The notes below the pieces were generated by a model, which worked only from the letters and a program-made list of their open reading frames with translations, was not told the origin of the DNA and searched no databases. 64,000 nt of DNA from Amoebidium appalachense (Eukaryota > Protista > Ichthyosporea), in assembly GCA_963693365.1 (NCBI GenBank), contig CAVNZM010000004.1, forward strand, positions 10,878,468-10,942,467, given 5' to 3'. Positions 63,632 through 64,000 of this stretch are shown here, piece after piece (position 1 is the first letter of the stretch; the number at the start of each line of letters is the position of its first letter). The translations under genes were made by a program, and so were the position numbers.

Positions 63632-63758
63632 TGTTGAAAAGAAACAATTATTGACGGGTTGGTAAGGTACTATGTGGACATGCACGGTGCATCACAGGCC
63701 AATGCCCAAGGACCCGAGACCAATCGACAGTTAGCCAATAACTGAAAAAATTAATGTA

Positions 63759-63863
63759 TGGCCAATCCCCATTGCAACAAGCAGAAGCTTTGCACGCGGG
63801 CCAGGATACTTGGCCAATCCCCATTGCAACAAGCAGAAACTTTGCACTCAGGCCAGGATACTT
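63759..63863. repeat. Tandem duplication, about 52 bp
   Basis: tggccaatccccattgcaacaagcagaa.ctttgcac.c.ggccaggatact occurs twice. Confidence 0.9.
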
Positions 63864-64000
63864 GTCCTACTGACGGTCCGTCATGTGCCATGTTAGATGT
63901 GGTTCTTGACAGCCATGCCATGACATTACCATGCACAATACTTAAATTTCTGATTAAGGAACAGGGGACAAGTGCCTTCTGTTTCCACACCTCCCATCCT

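Overview
Eukaryotic, intron-dense DNA rich in (CA)n, (CT)n and poly-C, probably from a unicellular holozoan (inferred from a metazoan-type tyrosine kinase and the gene content; not verifiable here). Most of the ORF track is microsatellite noise, so I rebuilt spliced genes by hand from GT/AG sites and reading-frame continuity; exon edges may be off by a few bases. In order, the window holds: the 3' half of a tyrosine kinase; a small unknown gene; an intronless RGS-domain gene lacking its key Asn residues; a cluster of MITEs, one with an 8-bp TSD; a frameshifted amidase pseudogene; an alkaline ceramidase; an MCUR1/CCDC90 (DUF1640) gene; a nest of non-LTR retrotransposons; a possible FCS zinc-finger gene; and, at the right end, part of a gene carrying an eh1-like motif. 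The standout is a 17-kb, about 26-exon gene (41028-58368) for a roughly 2150-aa type I membrane protein. It has six Cu-only-SOD-like repeats that have lost their copper-binding His residues, Cys-rich repeats, a mucin-like stalk, several furin-type sites, one TM helix and a PDZ-type C-terminus. A second notable pattern is intron structure: sense-strand poly-C just after many donors, and (AC)n in place of a polypyrimidine tract before many acceptors.
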